Positions 37,149 through 50,215 of a stretch of 64,000 nucleotides of DNA are shown piece by piece. A program made the position numbers and the translations under genes. Origin of the DNA: Eledone cirrhosa (taxonomy: Eukaryota); the NCBI GenBank assembly GCA_964016885.1, contig OZ024743.1, forward strand, positions 241,304,001 to 241,368,000, written 5' to 3'. Position 1 is the first letter of the stretch. Each line of letters starts with the position of its first letter. Below the pieces are notes generated by a model. The model was not told the origin of the DNA. It did no database searches and saw only the letters and a program-made list of their open reading frames with translations.

Positions 37149-37624
37149 TAAACGGAATAGAAAATGCTGACAAATTGTTCACAGTTGAAAAATGGTTTAA
37201 TTAGGAATAAAAGAGTATTAGTGATTGTATGGGTTAGTATTCAGTTGTGGTTTTAAGTTTTTAAGTTTTTACCGGTTGCGCATTTCTAAATGCTTTTCAA
37301 AAATAATTTTGAGATAGAGTGTCCGTGCTGTTTGCTCTGATCTGATTAGTTTTGGGAATTCTACCTGTTTTTATGTTAAAAAAATGGCTCCAGCGTTATT
37401 TTTGTGTTGCAAAAATGCTTGTGGTCAAAACAATTTTGATTGGTCGGTAGAGGTCATGTGAATGTAAAAAGTTGATTTTGCGCCAAGACTGTTTTTATGT
37501 TAAAATGTTAGAAAAGTGGCTCCAGCAAAAATTATGGTCAAAACAATTTTGATTGGTCGGTAGAGGTCATGTGGATAAAAAATTGGTTTTGCGCCAAGAT
37601 TGAGAAATGACTCTTTCACAACAA

Positions 37625-37666
<42 letters not shown>

Positions 37667-38056
37667 TAGTAGTAGTAAGGTGTTCGATGCTGCGACAATA
37701 GCCACCAGCGATGTGTGTCAAATGGCTATTAAGATAAGTGTGTGTGTGTGTGTGTGTGTGCGTACATACACACAGCAGAGTCATTCGAAGGTCAAAAGAT
37801 ATTTTTCAGCTTTTGTCTTATACGGAGAAGTGCGTGTGTGTGTGTGTGTGTGTATAAGTCTCTTTGTATGTTGATGTACGCGTGTGTATGTGTTTGTGTA
37901 TATATGTGTGTGTGTGTGTGTGCGCGTGTGTGGGTGGACCAGTATTTTTTTCCCCCCTGGTAAAATGGTGTACATTATTCGATTTTTTCAGTAAAATCGG
38001 TTCTCTTAATAGAACATCAACAATCTTAACAATAAAAGGTGTGAAATGATATTCAC

Positions 38057-38105
<49 letters not shown>

Positions 38106-38114
38106 TTTCACTAC

Positions 38115-38145
<31 letters not shown>

Positions 38146-38283
38146 TACATATATATGCACATATATTTTTTTGTATTGCACCATAGAGCATGTGTGTTTA
38201 CGTGTGTCATTGTGTTTATATGTGGGTAGAGATGTGTACTGATGTAGGTATGTATGTTGACGTGTGTATGTTGTGGGTTCGTC

Positions 38284-39435
38284 TTAGGGAGAAGTGTTTA
38301 GACGGGGTCCGTATTTGTTAATGAAGTAAGATTCCTTGCTGATGCGCTGGGTGTGGGTGGCATTATCTTTAAATTTGTAGAGGGGAAAGATTCTGAAGTT
38401 GGGATGATTTTGGGCGGCGCAGGTATCAATGTGTTCACTCAGTGGTATTTTCCTGTATTCCCGTATTTTAATTTGGGATCTATGGACAGTCATGCGTTGG
38501 CGGAGGCTGTTTTTGGTCTGGCCTATGTATTGTTCTCGACAACCTGAACAAGTTAATACATATATTAAATTTTCCGATGCACATGTGAAATTGTGTTTTA
38601 CTATAAAACGTTGTCCATCTTTGAAATAGAATTCCGAACCCTCTATTAGGTTGATGCAAATGCCACAGTTGGGTCTATCGCATTTTTTTACTGTGGGTTT
38701 CGTTGTTGTGGTTGGCAGTACTTTGGCATGTGTTAAGATGTTTTTCATTGACTTGGATTGTCTTTTGCTCTTTATGATATCGTGTGTTCGTAGAATTTGG
38801 TTCATTCTATGGTCCTTTTTCAATACAGGGATGTTCTGGAGGATGGTGTCAAAGGCCTCGTTGTTGAGGGGGTTGTGTGTGGAGATGTATGGAAGAGTTT
38901 TTAGTTTTGGTTGATTTACTTTAGGGTGTCTAAGGTCCTGGGTACTGAGTTTTAGGGCACGTTGGATTCCATTGTCAATTAGTGATGCAGGGTAGTCCCT
39001 GCCTATGAGTGTGTCCTTTAGTTCTTGTAGCCGTAAGTAGCAGATGTTTTTATTGGAGACTATAGTACAGATTCTCTTGGCTAAGTTGTAGGGAATATTA
39101 ATTTTAACGTGTCTAGGGTGGCAAGAGTTGAAGGGGAGGTATTGCTTGGAGTCTGTGGGCTTGTAGTATATGTCTGTTTCTATTTTTTTGTTATGGATCT
39201 TAATGAGGATGTCGAGGAAGGGGAGTTGTTGATGGTTGTATTCCATCGTGAAGTTAATATTTGTGTTGAGCCCATTTATAAGGGTGTGAAATTCTTTAAG
39301 CTTTTCGATGTTTTCGTGCCAAAGGATGAAGCAGTCATCAAGATATCGCTTCCAGTTCCTTTCAATGTGTAAGTGGAGGGTGTTTCCAAATTTGTTTAGG
39401 ACTTTAGTGTAGAGGGTGATTTCCAGGTATCCCAT
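38284..39435 (-). CDS. Inverted partial copy of the PLE ORF (RT C-terminal half + GIY-YIG), 383 aa
   Basis: Identical to the C-terminal 383 aa of 39556-41703 except at about 3 residues. Confidence 0.8.
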   Translation of the reverse strand: MGYLEITLYTKVLNKFGNTLHLHIERNWKRYLDDCFILWHENIEKLKEFHTLINGLNTNINFTMEYNHQQLPFLDILIKIHNKKIETDIYYKPTDSKQYLPFNSCHPRHVKINIPYNLAKRICTIVSNKNICYLRLQELKDTLIGRDYPASLIDNGIQRALKLSTQDLRHPKVNQPKLKTLPYISTHNPLNNEAFDTILQNIPVLKKDHRMNQILRTHDIIKSKRQSKSMKNILTHAKVLPTTTTKPTVKKCDRPNCGICINLIEGSEFYFKDGQRFIVKHNFTCASENLIYVLTCSGCREQYIGQTKNSLRQRMTVHRSQIKIREYRKIPLSEHIDTCAAQNHPNFRIFPLYKFKDNATHTQRISKESYFINKYGPRLNTSP

Positions 39436-39555
39436 GACTAGATAGTAATAAAAATTATCAATCTTACTAGTGCAGAACCAACACCCAACCTTATCAACTT
39501 ACTCTCCAAAGGTCTTACATTCACACCGACCCCACTACGTCCTAACTACTATGAA

Positions 39556-41703
39556 ATGAAGGAAGACATCACAGACTTCTGTAGAAAGTTACGACTTAGT
39601 GAACAACTATTCGACCAGTACAATGAGGATGAATCATTAGCCAGAAATAGAAGCAATTACACCCCTTCAAAAGGTAGAAATAAAATCCTGGACGAATTCT
39701 GTGAACACATCACAAACTTCCCTTACCAACACTTGCACAGACAAAAACACAAGCCAAACCTCAACAAGAAAGAATGGGAAGAATTAAATAGATTAAAAAC
39801 CGACAGAACCATTACAATTAAAGAGGCTGATAAAGGGAGTACAGTAGTCCTAATGGAGACAGAATTCTATATCAACTTAGCGCTCTCCACTTTGGAAAAC
39901 GAAACATACTACGAAAAGGCTGAACACTACAATCAACAGAAAATTATGAGAAACCTAAAAACTCTAATCAACCACTACAAAGAAGGACTCACTAACAAGG
40001 AATTCAGCTTCATCACAGACTTCACAAGTAAATCCAGCCTTTTCTACGGTATCCCTAAAGTACATAAAAGCGAATCAATCAGTAAGGCATGCAAGGAAGC
40101 CACAGACATAATCATCAATGTCCCCTCACCCAATGATCTCAAATTAAGACCTATAATAGCAGGCCCCGCTTGCGAAACGCACCGTCTTAGCAAATTCATT
40201 GATACCCTTCTCAAACCCTTCCTCAAGCACATCAAAAGCTATATAAGGGACGACCTAGATATGCTCAATCACCTCCCTAATATGCCACTTTCTGAACAAA
40301 CCCTACTAGTGACGTTCGATGTAGTCAACCTATACTCCAACATCCCCCACAACCTAGGAATAGAAGCTATCCAATTCTGGCTGGATAACTTCCACAATGA
40401 ACTCCCACAACGCATCAAAAAAGAATTCGTGATAGAGGGACTCAAATTTATCTTGGAGAACAATTACTTCGTTTTCAATAACAAACCCTACAGGCAGAAA
40501 TCTGGGACCGCTATGGGAACGAAAACAGCCCCTACGTATGCCAACCTAATCATGGGATACCTGGAAATCACCCTCTACACTAAAGTCCTAAACAAATTTG
40601 GAAACACCCTCCACTTACACATTGAAAGGAACTGGAAGCGATATCTTGATGACTGCTTCATCCTTTGGCACGAAAACATCGAAAAACTTAAAGAATTTCA
40701 CACCCTTATAAATGGGCTCAACACAAATATTAACTTCACGATGGAATACAGCCATCAACAACTCCCCTTCCTCGACATCCTCATTAAGATCCATAACAAA
40801 AAAATAGAAACAGACATATACTACAAGCCCACAGACTCCAAGCAATACCTCCCCTTCAACTCTTGCCACCCTAGACACGTTAAAATTAATATTCCCTACA
40901 ACTTAGCCAAGAGAATCTGTACTATAGTCTCCAATAAAAACATCTGCTACTTACGGCTACAAGAACTAAAGGACACACTCATAGGCAGGGACTACCCTGC
41001 ATCACTAATTGACAATGGAATCCAACGTGCCCTAAAACTCAGTACCCAGGACCTTAGACACCCTAAAGTAAATCAACCAAAACTAAAAGCTCTTCCATAC
41101 ATCTCCACACACAACCCCCTCAACAACGAGGCCTTTGACACCATCCTCCAGAACATCCCTGTATTGAAAAAGGACCATAGAATGAACCAAATTCTACGAA
41201 CACACGATATCATAAAGAGCAAAAGACAATCCAAGTCAATGAAAAACATCTTAACACATGCCAAAGTACTGCCAACCACAACAACGAAACCCACAGTAAA
41301 AAAATGCGATAGACCTAACTGTGGCATTTGCATCAACCTAATAGAGGGTTCGAAATTCTATTTCAAAGATGGACAACGTTTTATAGTAAAACACAATTTC
41401 ACATGTGCATCGGAAAATTTAATATATGTATTAACTTGTTCAGGTTGTCGAGAACAATACATAGGCCAGACCAAAAACAGCCTCCGCCAACGCATGACTG
41501 TCCATAGATCCCAAATTAAAATACGGGAATACAGGAAAATACCACTGAGTGAACACATTGATACCTGCGCCGCCCAAAATCATCCCAACTTCAGAATCTT
41601 TCCCCTCTACAAATTTAAAGATAATGCCACCCACACCCAGCGCATCAGCAAGGAATCTTACTTCATTAACAAATACGGACCCCGTCTAAACACTTCTCCC
41701 TAA
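39556..41703 (+). CDS. Penelope-like element polyprotein: reverse transcriptase + Cys linker + GIY-YIG endonuclease (715 aa from first ATG; 5'-truncated, frame open from ~39442)
   Basis: KEADKG, YGIPKVHK, LRPII, FDVVNLYSNI, GTAMGT..AP.YANL, RYLDD, LPFLD, YYKPT, CDRPNCGIC, NLIYVLTC...YIGQT...R...H. Upstream in-frame IINLTS..LLSKGLTFTP motif. No stops. Confidence 0.93.
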   Translation: MKEDITDFCRKLRLSEQLFDQYNEDESLARNRSNYTPSKGRNKILDEFCEHITNFPYQHLHRQKHKPNLNKKEWEELNRLKTDRTITIKEADKGSTVVLMETEFYINLALSTLENETYYEKAEHYNQQKIMRNLKTLINHYKEGLTNKEFSFITDFTSKSSLFYGIPKVHKSESISKACKEATDIIINVPSPNDLKLRPIIAGPACETHRLSKFIDTLLKPFLKHIKSYIRDDLDMLNHLPNMPLSEQTLLVTFDVVNLYSNIPHNLGIEAIQFWLDNFHNELPQRIKKEFVIEGLKFILENNYFVFNNKPYRQKSGTAMGTKTAPTYANLIMGYLEITLYTKVLNKFGNTLHLHIERNWKRYLDDCFILWHENIEKLKEFHTLINGLNTNINFTMEYSHQQLPFLDILIKIHNKKIETDIYYKPTDSKQYLPFNSCHPRHVKINIPYNLAKRICTIVSNKNICYLRLQELKDTLIGRDYPASLIDNGIQRALKLSTQDLRHPKVNQPKLKALPYISTHNPLNNEAFDTILQNIPVLKKDHRMNQILRTHDIIKSKRQSKSMKNILTHAKVLPTTTTKPTVKKCDRPNCGICINLIEGSKFYFKDGQRFIVKHNFTCASENLIYVLTCSGCREQYIGQTKNSLRQRMTVHRSQIKIREYRKIPLSEHIDTCAAQNHPNFRIFPLYKFKDNATHTQRISKESYFINKYGPRLNTSP

Positions 41704-41841
41704 GACGAACCCACAACATACACACGTCAACATACATACCTACATCAGCACACATCTCTACCCACATATAAACACAATGACACACGTAAACACACATGCT
41801 CTATGGTGCAATACAAAAAAATATATGTGCATATATATGTA

Positions 41842-41882
<41 letters not shown>

Positions 41883-41900
41883 AAAATATATATATATATA

Positions 41901-41944
<44 letters not shown>

Positions 41945-42226
41945 ATATCATTTCACACCTTTTATTGTTAAGATTGTTGATGTTCTATTAAGAGAACCGA
42001 TTTTACTGAAAAAATCGAATAATGTACACCATTTTACCAGGGGGAAAAAAATACTGGTCCACCCACACACGCACACACACACACACACATATATATACAC
42101 AAACACATACACACGCGTACATCAACATACAAAGAGACTTATACACACACACACACGCACTTCTCCGTATAAGACAAAAGCTGAAAAATATCTTTTGACC
42201 TTCGAATGACTCTGCTGTGTGTATGT

Positions 42227-42294
<68 letters not shown>

Positions 42295-42363
42295 ATCTTA
42301 ATAGCCATTTGACACACATCGCTGGTGGCTATTGTCGCAGCATCGAACACCTTACTACTACTA

Positions 42364-42403
<40 letters not shown>

Positions 42404-42915
42404 TTGTTGTGAAAGAGTCATTTCTCAATCTTGGCGCAAAACCAATTTTTTATCCACATGACCTCTACCGACCAATCAAAATTGTTTTGACCATAATTTT
42501 TGCTGGAGCCACTTTTCTAACATTTTAACATAAAAACAGTCTTGGCGCAAAATCAACTTTTTACATTCACATGACCTCTACCGACCAATCAAAATTGTTT
42601 TGACCACAAGCATTTTTGCAACACAAAAATAACGCTGGAGCCATTTTTTTAACATAAAAACAGGTAGAATTCCCAAAACTAATCAGATCAGAGCAAACAG
42701 CACGGACATTCTATCTCAAAATTATTTTTGAAAAGCATTTAGAAATGCGCAACCGGTAAAAACTTAAAAACTTAAAACCACAACTGAATACTAACCCATA
42801 CAATCACTAATACTCTTTTATTCCTAATTAAACCATTTTTCAACTGTGAACAATTTGTCAGCATTTTCTATTCCGTTTACCAATATATAATAACTTATGT
42901 GTCACCCCTCTATTC

Positions 42916-42997
<82 letters not shown>

Positions 42998-43074
42998 ACA
43001 TATATATATATATATATATGTATACATATATATATATATATATGTATACATATATATATATATGTGTATGTGTG

Positions 43075-43932
43075 TATGTATCACCGTTTTTAAGTTAGAA
43101 TTATTTATATGTGTATCCCCCACCTTCCTTTGACACACACATACATTCACACAAACACACTCACATTTTGTGACGCACGGATGGACAGAAGTCGCTCAAG
43201 TTTATATACATGTGAATGGAGTTCCACTGAAGCAGCTGGAGAAGTTCAAGTATCATGAGTGATGGAAGGCAAGAGGCTGATTAATTGAAAGAATTGCAAA
43301 AGCTGATGCAGTAATGCGCCAGCTTCAGCATTCAGTAATCAGAAGAAGGGAGGTAGGTGTAAAATCGAAAATGTTGTCTTCCTGGTATTTCTGCCAACCC
43401 TTACTGAGGATCATGAATCTTGGGTAATACAATTGCAAATACAAACGTCAGAAATAGAGTCCCTCAGAAGGGTCTTTGGAGTAACGTTACTCGATAAAGG
43501 CCATGACTCAGAGATCAGAAAGTCACTCCTGGTAGAGCCGCTACTTCTCGAATTGAGAGATCACAACTCCGATATTATGAGCATGTGGTTAGAATGTCTC
43601 GTGAAAGAATCGCTGGATAGATTTTACAGGCAAAACCAATCGGCAAGAGACCCAGAGGTAGACCCTGAGCAAAATGGTTGGATAACATCCATGAGCTTGG
43701 CTGGTCTTGCTTGAGGATCCAGCTGAATTAGCTAGAGATGTTTGCTTCTGACAGACTCGGTGGAAGGAGTGTTTGAGGAAGACTCTTCCCCCACGACCTT
43801 CTCAGAATTAAGTGGGTGAAGAAGAAGATATTGTCAATTTACTTTTCTATTTACATATCATATCTATAAGCATATATATTTGCGTATAAAACCAATACGC
43901 ACACTACATATGCTAGCAGAAAACCGCCTGAG
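43075..43932 (+). repeat. Right outer arm of fold-back (inverted copy of ~33777-34640, RTE fragment)
   Basis: Reverse-complement match. ORF 43433-43714 mirrors ORF 33988-34401. Confidence 0.85.
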
Positions 43933-44241
43933 GTTCTTACCAAATATGAAGAAGCTCTATATATTAACCGCATAGGAAGAGGCTGAGAGCATAATTCTCT
44001 TTTAAATTATATATATAAAGTGGCGGTGGAACTGGGGAGAGCCATCCTTTAATAATTATATTTTCTCCCCAAACTACCAAAACACACATCTATTTGTATA
44101 TGCGCTGCAATTGATATACATGTTATATTCATCCATTTCTGATCATTATAGAGTACAAAGAGTTAAACTAAACGCTACAACTAAATTGTCCAAAATCCCC
44201 CCCCCCCCCGTCCCCGACCAATTCAGAAATGTTTCCACCGC

Positions 44242-44284
<43 letters not shown>

Positions 44285-44421
44285 TATATTATATTATATG
44301 ATCTGGTATTTTACCCAAGTTATTCATCTCCTATATATATATGTATATAACAAATGGAATCCAGAAATAGCCGTCGAAACGGCTTGAATTCTGCCGTCGG
44401 GGTCATAATTTTTCCTATATA

Positions 44422-44453
<32 letters not shown>

Positions 44454-44505
44454 AAAATGTGGAGAGGAGGCACACGAGTTAGTATATATATATATGTATA
44501 TGTCT

Positions 44506-45420
44506 AGAAACAGACATATACTACAAACCCACAAACTCCAAACAATACCTTCCATTCAACCCGTGCCACCCTAGACACACCAAAATGGCAATTCATTATA
44601 ACCTAGCCAGAAGGATCTGCACAATAGTTTCAGATAAATACACATGCTACACACGACTAGAAGAATTAAAAAAACACACTTATCAGCAGAAACTACCCAC
44701 CATCCCTAATCACCAATGGATTCCAACATGCCCTAAAACTAGACATCCAGGAAATCAGACACCCCAAACCCAGGAGTGGACTGCAACAAAAAACTCTACC
44801 ATACATCTCCACACACAACCCCCTCAACAATGAGGCATTCGACACCATCCTCCAGAACATTCCTTTACTAAAAAGAGACCCAAAAATGAACAATATCTTC
44901 CAAACACACAACATCATAATGAGCAAAAGACAACCCAAATCCATAAAAAACATCCTCACACAAGCCAAAATCCAACAAACCCTCACAATGAACCCTACAG
45001 TAACAAAATGCGGAAGGCCCAACTGTGGCATATGCATATATCTAATAGAAGGTTCAACATTCCATTTAAAACAAAGACAACGTTTCACAGTTAAACACAA
45101 CTTTACATGTGCACCTGAAAACCTTATCTATGTTTTGACCTGCTCAGGTTGTCAAGAGCACTACATAGGGCAGACAAAAAACAGCCTCCGTCAACGTATG
45201 ACCGTCCATAAATCCCAAATTAAAATACAAAAATACAGAAAGATTGCATTTAGTAAACATATCGCCAATTGTGCTGTCAACCAACATCCAAACTTTTAAA
45301 TTTTCCCCATTTACAAATTCATAGACAACGCTACTTTCATCCAACGTACCAATAAGGAAACACATTTCATTAATAAATTTCAACCACTACTCAATGCCCT
45401 AAAAATCGGACCAATCTAAA
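44506..45420 (+). pseudogene. Older Neptune-type PLE 3' fragment (thumb + GIY-YIG), frameshifted
   Basis: ETDIYYKPT, CGRPNCGIC, NLIYVLTCSGCQEHYIGQT; clearly homologous to, but diverged from, the 39556 ORF. Confidence 0.85.
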
Positions 45421-46058
45421 ACTGCAACAAACCATCAAACATTTACAAGAGTTACCTACCTCACACCCTACCTAATCCTTTTCTTAAATAAATTAAATAT
45501 CACCCAGCAAGAATTGCCTCCCCCTGTATATTAACTCTCTAAAAAGGGAAATCATATCAAACCACAGTCCATCATTTGCCTCCTTCACGGAACCATGGTT
45601 CAAATAAGCACTCTTGCGATATTAACACATTTTGAACTGTTTAACTTCAATGACTGTGCTTGTAAATAACATTATGTTTTCTTCCATATTGACTTTTTAC
45701 GTTCCACATTATGCACGTTTTTTTTCTTTTTCTTTTTTCTTTTCACTTAAACCTTGTTTGTATATAACATTATTCTTTCTGCACCTTCTGTTTAACATGT
45801 GCGACACCACACTAATACATTTCACTATCATTTGATAATGCATATAAATGCTGAAACCGGTAATAGACAATAATTAAATATATAAATAGATAAATAAATG
45901 GCATTGTTAAATAATAAATAAATCAACTAATACCTTAACACTTCACACAAAGTAAAACATTTCGTCTCAATCATTTTCTAACCCAGAAAAAAGAGAGAGA
46001 GAAACAAAGAAGGAAAAAAAAAATATTTTTCTTCCCATAATCGTCTCTTTCTCCCTGT

Positions 46059-46099
<41 letters not shown>

Positions 46100-46104
<5 letters not shown>

Positions 46105-48095
46105 TAAAATAACAGATTAAAGTTTAAGCAAAGAATTGCTGCTTTCACCCTTAACCGGATTCTGAAACTAGAAAATCAATCTGTGAACGCAGAAGTAAAT
46201 ATTTCAAAAAACGTTGCAACCGAAGGAAGACAGGAAGACGATACTTTGGTTCGTGGAAACGTTCCCTGGCAAAGAACGGATAAAGACAAAGATAATACGT
46301 CATAATTTGGAGCGGTGAAAACAATTACAAGCAAAGACAAAACCACGTTTATGGTATAAACGAAGTCGTAGAATAATATTCTATTAGGTGCTTCGTGCAG
46401 ACGTTCTCTGGCAATGAACGAAAAAAACGAAGATAATACGTCATTATGTGGAGCGGTGAAAACAATTACACGTAAAGACAAAACCACGTTTATGGTATAA
46501 CTGAAGCCGTAGACTAAAATTCTATTAGGAAACCGAATGATACCCGGCTTCAGAGTTAAAAATAAAGTAAATAAATTACATAGGTAATAAAGTAAATAAA
46601 TTACAAAGGTAATATACATGCACGCAACCATATACGTACATACACAAGCATACGCGAAAACAGCCGCAATGGGTATGCCAATACAAGCACGTACACAAAA
46701 AAACACAAAGAAAAACACACACGCACGCACATACAGTCCCCACGTAACGCCTGTACCTGCACGCATACGAACGTATACACCAAATACACATAAAAATATA
46801 TATTAAAAAAAATATATATATGTGTGTGAGTGTGCGTACATACATATAATTATATAAAAGTATAGAAATATACACACATAAATACGTATAAACGCGCTTA
46901 CACACATACCACCTGCAAATAAACATGTACGCAGACTACGTCAACCAAAACACAAAGTACACATATACACACACCCTACATACGTACGAATCCGCATACT
47001 CACACAAACGCAAAACTCACGTATACGCATAACCATATGCACATGTACCAGTATATATAATATATACGCCATAACATATACAAGCATATATACGTACGAG
47101 AAAGTATACGTACCTTCACAAAACATACAGGTAAAATATACTTACCTATACAAATAAGTAATGGTATAAACATAACATATACTTAGCTACCACATCAAGA
47201 CGTAAAATGTCCGCATATAGTTCGTGCTATCCGTTAGGGTATAATGTGGGGCTGTAATACAGGAAAGTTTTGTGCAATTTATGTTTACAAGCCGAAATTG
47301 CCTCAGATTTTTTGTTTAAGATGTGGTCTTTGTCGTATAGTATTTCCAGGGCCTCAGCGGCGCAGAGGTCACATGGTCTTTTATTTCCGGTATACGATCT
47401 AGCCCTAGCAAGGATCTCCCAGTGTAACTTATATTGGGTGTGGTTGTCTTTTAGTCTCCAGATATAAGCTGAAAGTGACGTCATATTCCTTCTTAGAGGG
47501 TAACGAAAAGAATGGGTATGCATGTAAAGACGCTGCTTGAATCTATTGGCGGCTAACCCTATGTAGGCCGTACGGGAGGTGGGTGTTTCAACCTTACATT
47601 TGTAGACAATGTCACTAGAGAGGCATTTCCCGGAGAGGGGGCAGTCAACCCGATTCCTACAATTACAGTTAGTATTAGCTACAGGTTTGCGCATGTTTCT
47701 ACTGCTAGGTAATTTAGCTAAATTTGAAGCTGTGATGTTATGTGCCAGGTTACGAGTCGTAGAGTAAGACATTTTAATAGTATTTCTATTAAAATTTTTA
47801 CTATATTTATGTGCTGGAGGGAAATGCTTCATAATAAGGGAGAGAAAGATCTTAGCTAAGTGTAATTGTTTTCACCGCTTCAAATTATGACGTATTATCT
47901 TTATCTTTATCTGTTCTTTGCCAGGGAATGTTTCCACGAACCAAAGTATCGTCTTCCTGTCTTCCTTCGGTTGCAACGTTTTTTGAAATATTTACCTCTG
48001 CGTTCACAGATTGATTTTTTATTTTCAGAAGATCCCGTTAAGGGTGAAAGCAGAATTTCTTTGCTTAAACTTTAATCTGTTATTTTAATAAATAT
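46100..48095 (-). mobile_element. 5'-truncated Naiad-like PLE with an inverted ~230-bp pLTR
   Basis: 46100-46329 is the reverse complement of ~47861-48093. Internal 141-bp tandem duplication at 46290-46530. HHR-like variant CAGAAGA..GAAAGCA..TGCTT in the pLTR. Confidence 0.8.
47227..47850 (-). pseudogene. PLE C-terminal fragment: Cys linker + GIY-YIG endonuclease
   Basis: KNFNRNTIKMSYS, CNCRNRVDCPLSGKC, IVYKCKV...YIG...FKQR...H, TSLSAYIW.LK, CDLC..E...I. Confidence 0.85.
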
Positions 48096-48635
48096 TTGCT
48101 CTACGGTTCTTATATATTTGATATATATATTTATCCTTATCGAGCCATCTTTGGATTTTAGTCTTCAAATTTATTATTATTACTATATATATATGTGTGT
48201 GTGTGTGGGGGGGGGGGGGGGGTATGTGCGTGCCTGTGCGCGCGCGTGCGTGCGTGCGCGTGTGCGCGCGTGTGTGTGTATGTAAAAGGTAATCAGAAAT
48301 AACAACACAATCGTTACAGTATATGGAAGGAATATATTAGGTTAAGGCTTGAAATATACATTCACTTATTTATGTTCATACACGAAACAAAAGCGCTACC
48401 TAAGGTTTCACAGCCCAATATTGATGATATCTCCAGAATATAAGTGGAATCAAAATTGTGAGCTAAAATTATATGATTTTATAAGATACCGTTAAAATTA
48501 ATGCGTGTTAAAACGATAGGTTACAAAAAACGTATTATAAGAAAAGTGAAATAACTCCAAGATGGAAAACATTTCAAATAGCTAAATCGTACACGTGTTA
48601 GTATTGGTACGCTACAGCAGATGTATATAATTATG

Positions 48636-48850
48636 TGTGGATTGGCAGTATCGGTAGAGGGTCGGACGCCATGATTTGCAGCATAGAGTTACGCCCCTTT
48701 ATGATATGAGTTCAAATCCCGCCGAGGTTAACTTTGCCTTTCATCCTTACGGGGTCGATAAAATAAAGTACCAGTCACGCACTGGGGTCGATTTAATCGA
48801 CTTTCCTCTCCCCCAAAATCACTGGCCTTCTGCCTATATAGGAAACCAAT
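48636..48850 (+). mobile_element. tRNA-derived SINE
   Basis: Family consensus. Confidence 0.85.
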
Positions 48851-49584
48851 ATTTAGTAAGCTATGGAGAAGTGTAGTATAGTCGTGTTGCTGGTTGTGAT
48901 GATGGAGGGGTGGCAATGTGGTGATGATTCTGATGGTGATACTGGTAATACTATGGTGATGGGGACCCCTGTCGTTGGCGGTGGTACGTCTGTTGTTGTT
49001 GCAGTTGTTTTTGGTGGTGGTGGTGGTGGTTATGTTGGTGCTGATCATATTGGTGGTCGTTGTGGTGGTGACTTAGGTACCCCTACTATTGGTGGAGGCA
49101 CTAGTGTTGGTGGTATTGGTGCTGGTGGTGTGGTGGTAGTGTTGTTTGTGGTGGTGGTGATGGTGGAGGTGATTGGAATAATGATGGTGATACAGGTGGT
49201 GGTGCTGTATTATCTAAGTGTGGAAAAAGAAAAAAAAAGAGAAGATATTCCGAAAGTCAAATTAAGGTGGTTGAAATTTTTTTAGTAAACTTGTGTTTTA
49301 GCACGCATTACTTTTAACGGTATATTATAAACTCGCATAAACGCCTGAAGATTACCTTTATCCCTCTTACATCCTCAAAACTGTTCAATATTGGGTCTTG
49401 AAACTTTAGATAGCACTTGTATATTATTTATCTGTGCCTTGAAAGGCGGTTGATAAAATAAAGTACCAGTAATACACTGGGATAATTGCTGGCCTTGTGC
49501 CAAAAGTAGAAACAATTATATATCACTTCTCTTCCCGATTTCTCGATTGGGCGATGTTTTCCTTTTTCATTTTTCCCACCTACA

Positions 49585-49797
49585 AGGGCGGTGGATTGCC
49601 AGTATTAGTAGAGGGTCGGGCGCCATGCTTTGCAGCATAGAGTTATGGTCCTCTGAGTCCAAATCCCGCCGAGGTTAACTTTGTCTTTCATCCTTACGGG
49701 GTCGATAAAATGAAGTACCAGTAACGTACTGGAGTCGATTTAATCGACTTTCTCCTCCCCTCAAATTACTGGCCTTGTGCCTATACTAGAAATCATT
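49585..49797 (+). mobile_element. tRNA-derived SINE (plus a 3' fragment at ~49450-49520)
   Basis: Family consensus. Confidence 0.85.
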
Positions 49798-49821
49798 TTT
49801 CCCACCAACAGATATTTCTAA

Positions 49822-49858
<37 letters not shown>

Positions 49859-49864
49859 GTGAAG

Positions 49865-50155
49865 TCGCCAGGGTTTATGGTTAGGGGAATCGGTTCACGA
49901 TCGTAAGGTCGTGAGATCGATTCCCGGCAGCGCGTTTTGTCCTTCAGCAAGACACTTTATTTCACGTTGCTCCAGTTCGCTCAGCTGGCAAAAATAAGTT
50001 GTAGCTGTAATTCGAAGGGCCAGCATTGTCACATTCTGTGTCACGCTGAATCTCCCCGAGAACTACGTTTAAGGTACGCTTGTTTGTTGAATGATCAACC
50101 ATTTCACGAGCAGTGTTCTGTTGATCTGATCAACTGGAACAGTTGTCCTTGTAAA
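49865..50155 (+). mobile_element. Second tRNA-derived SINE family with CORE/Meta-like central domain
   Basis: tRNA-like head (TGGTTAG...GATCGATTCCCGG) then GTCCTTCAGCAAGACACTTTATTTCAC. Minus-strand relatives at ~53620-53740 and ~62950-63070. Confidence 0.65.
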
Positions 50156-50181
50156 CTTACACACACACATACACACACACG

Positions 50182-50215
<34 letters not shown>

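Larger units (their letters stand above)
37142..42888 (+). mobile_element. Young Penelope-like (Neptune-type) retroelement with a 2.3-kb inverted duplication of its 3' end
   Basis: 37142-39436 is a near-identical reverse complement of ~40551-42886. The element is flanked by (TA)n. Confidence 0.92.
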
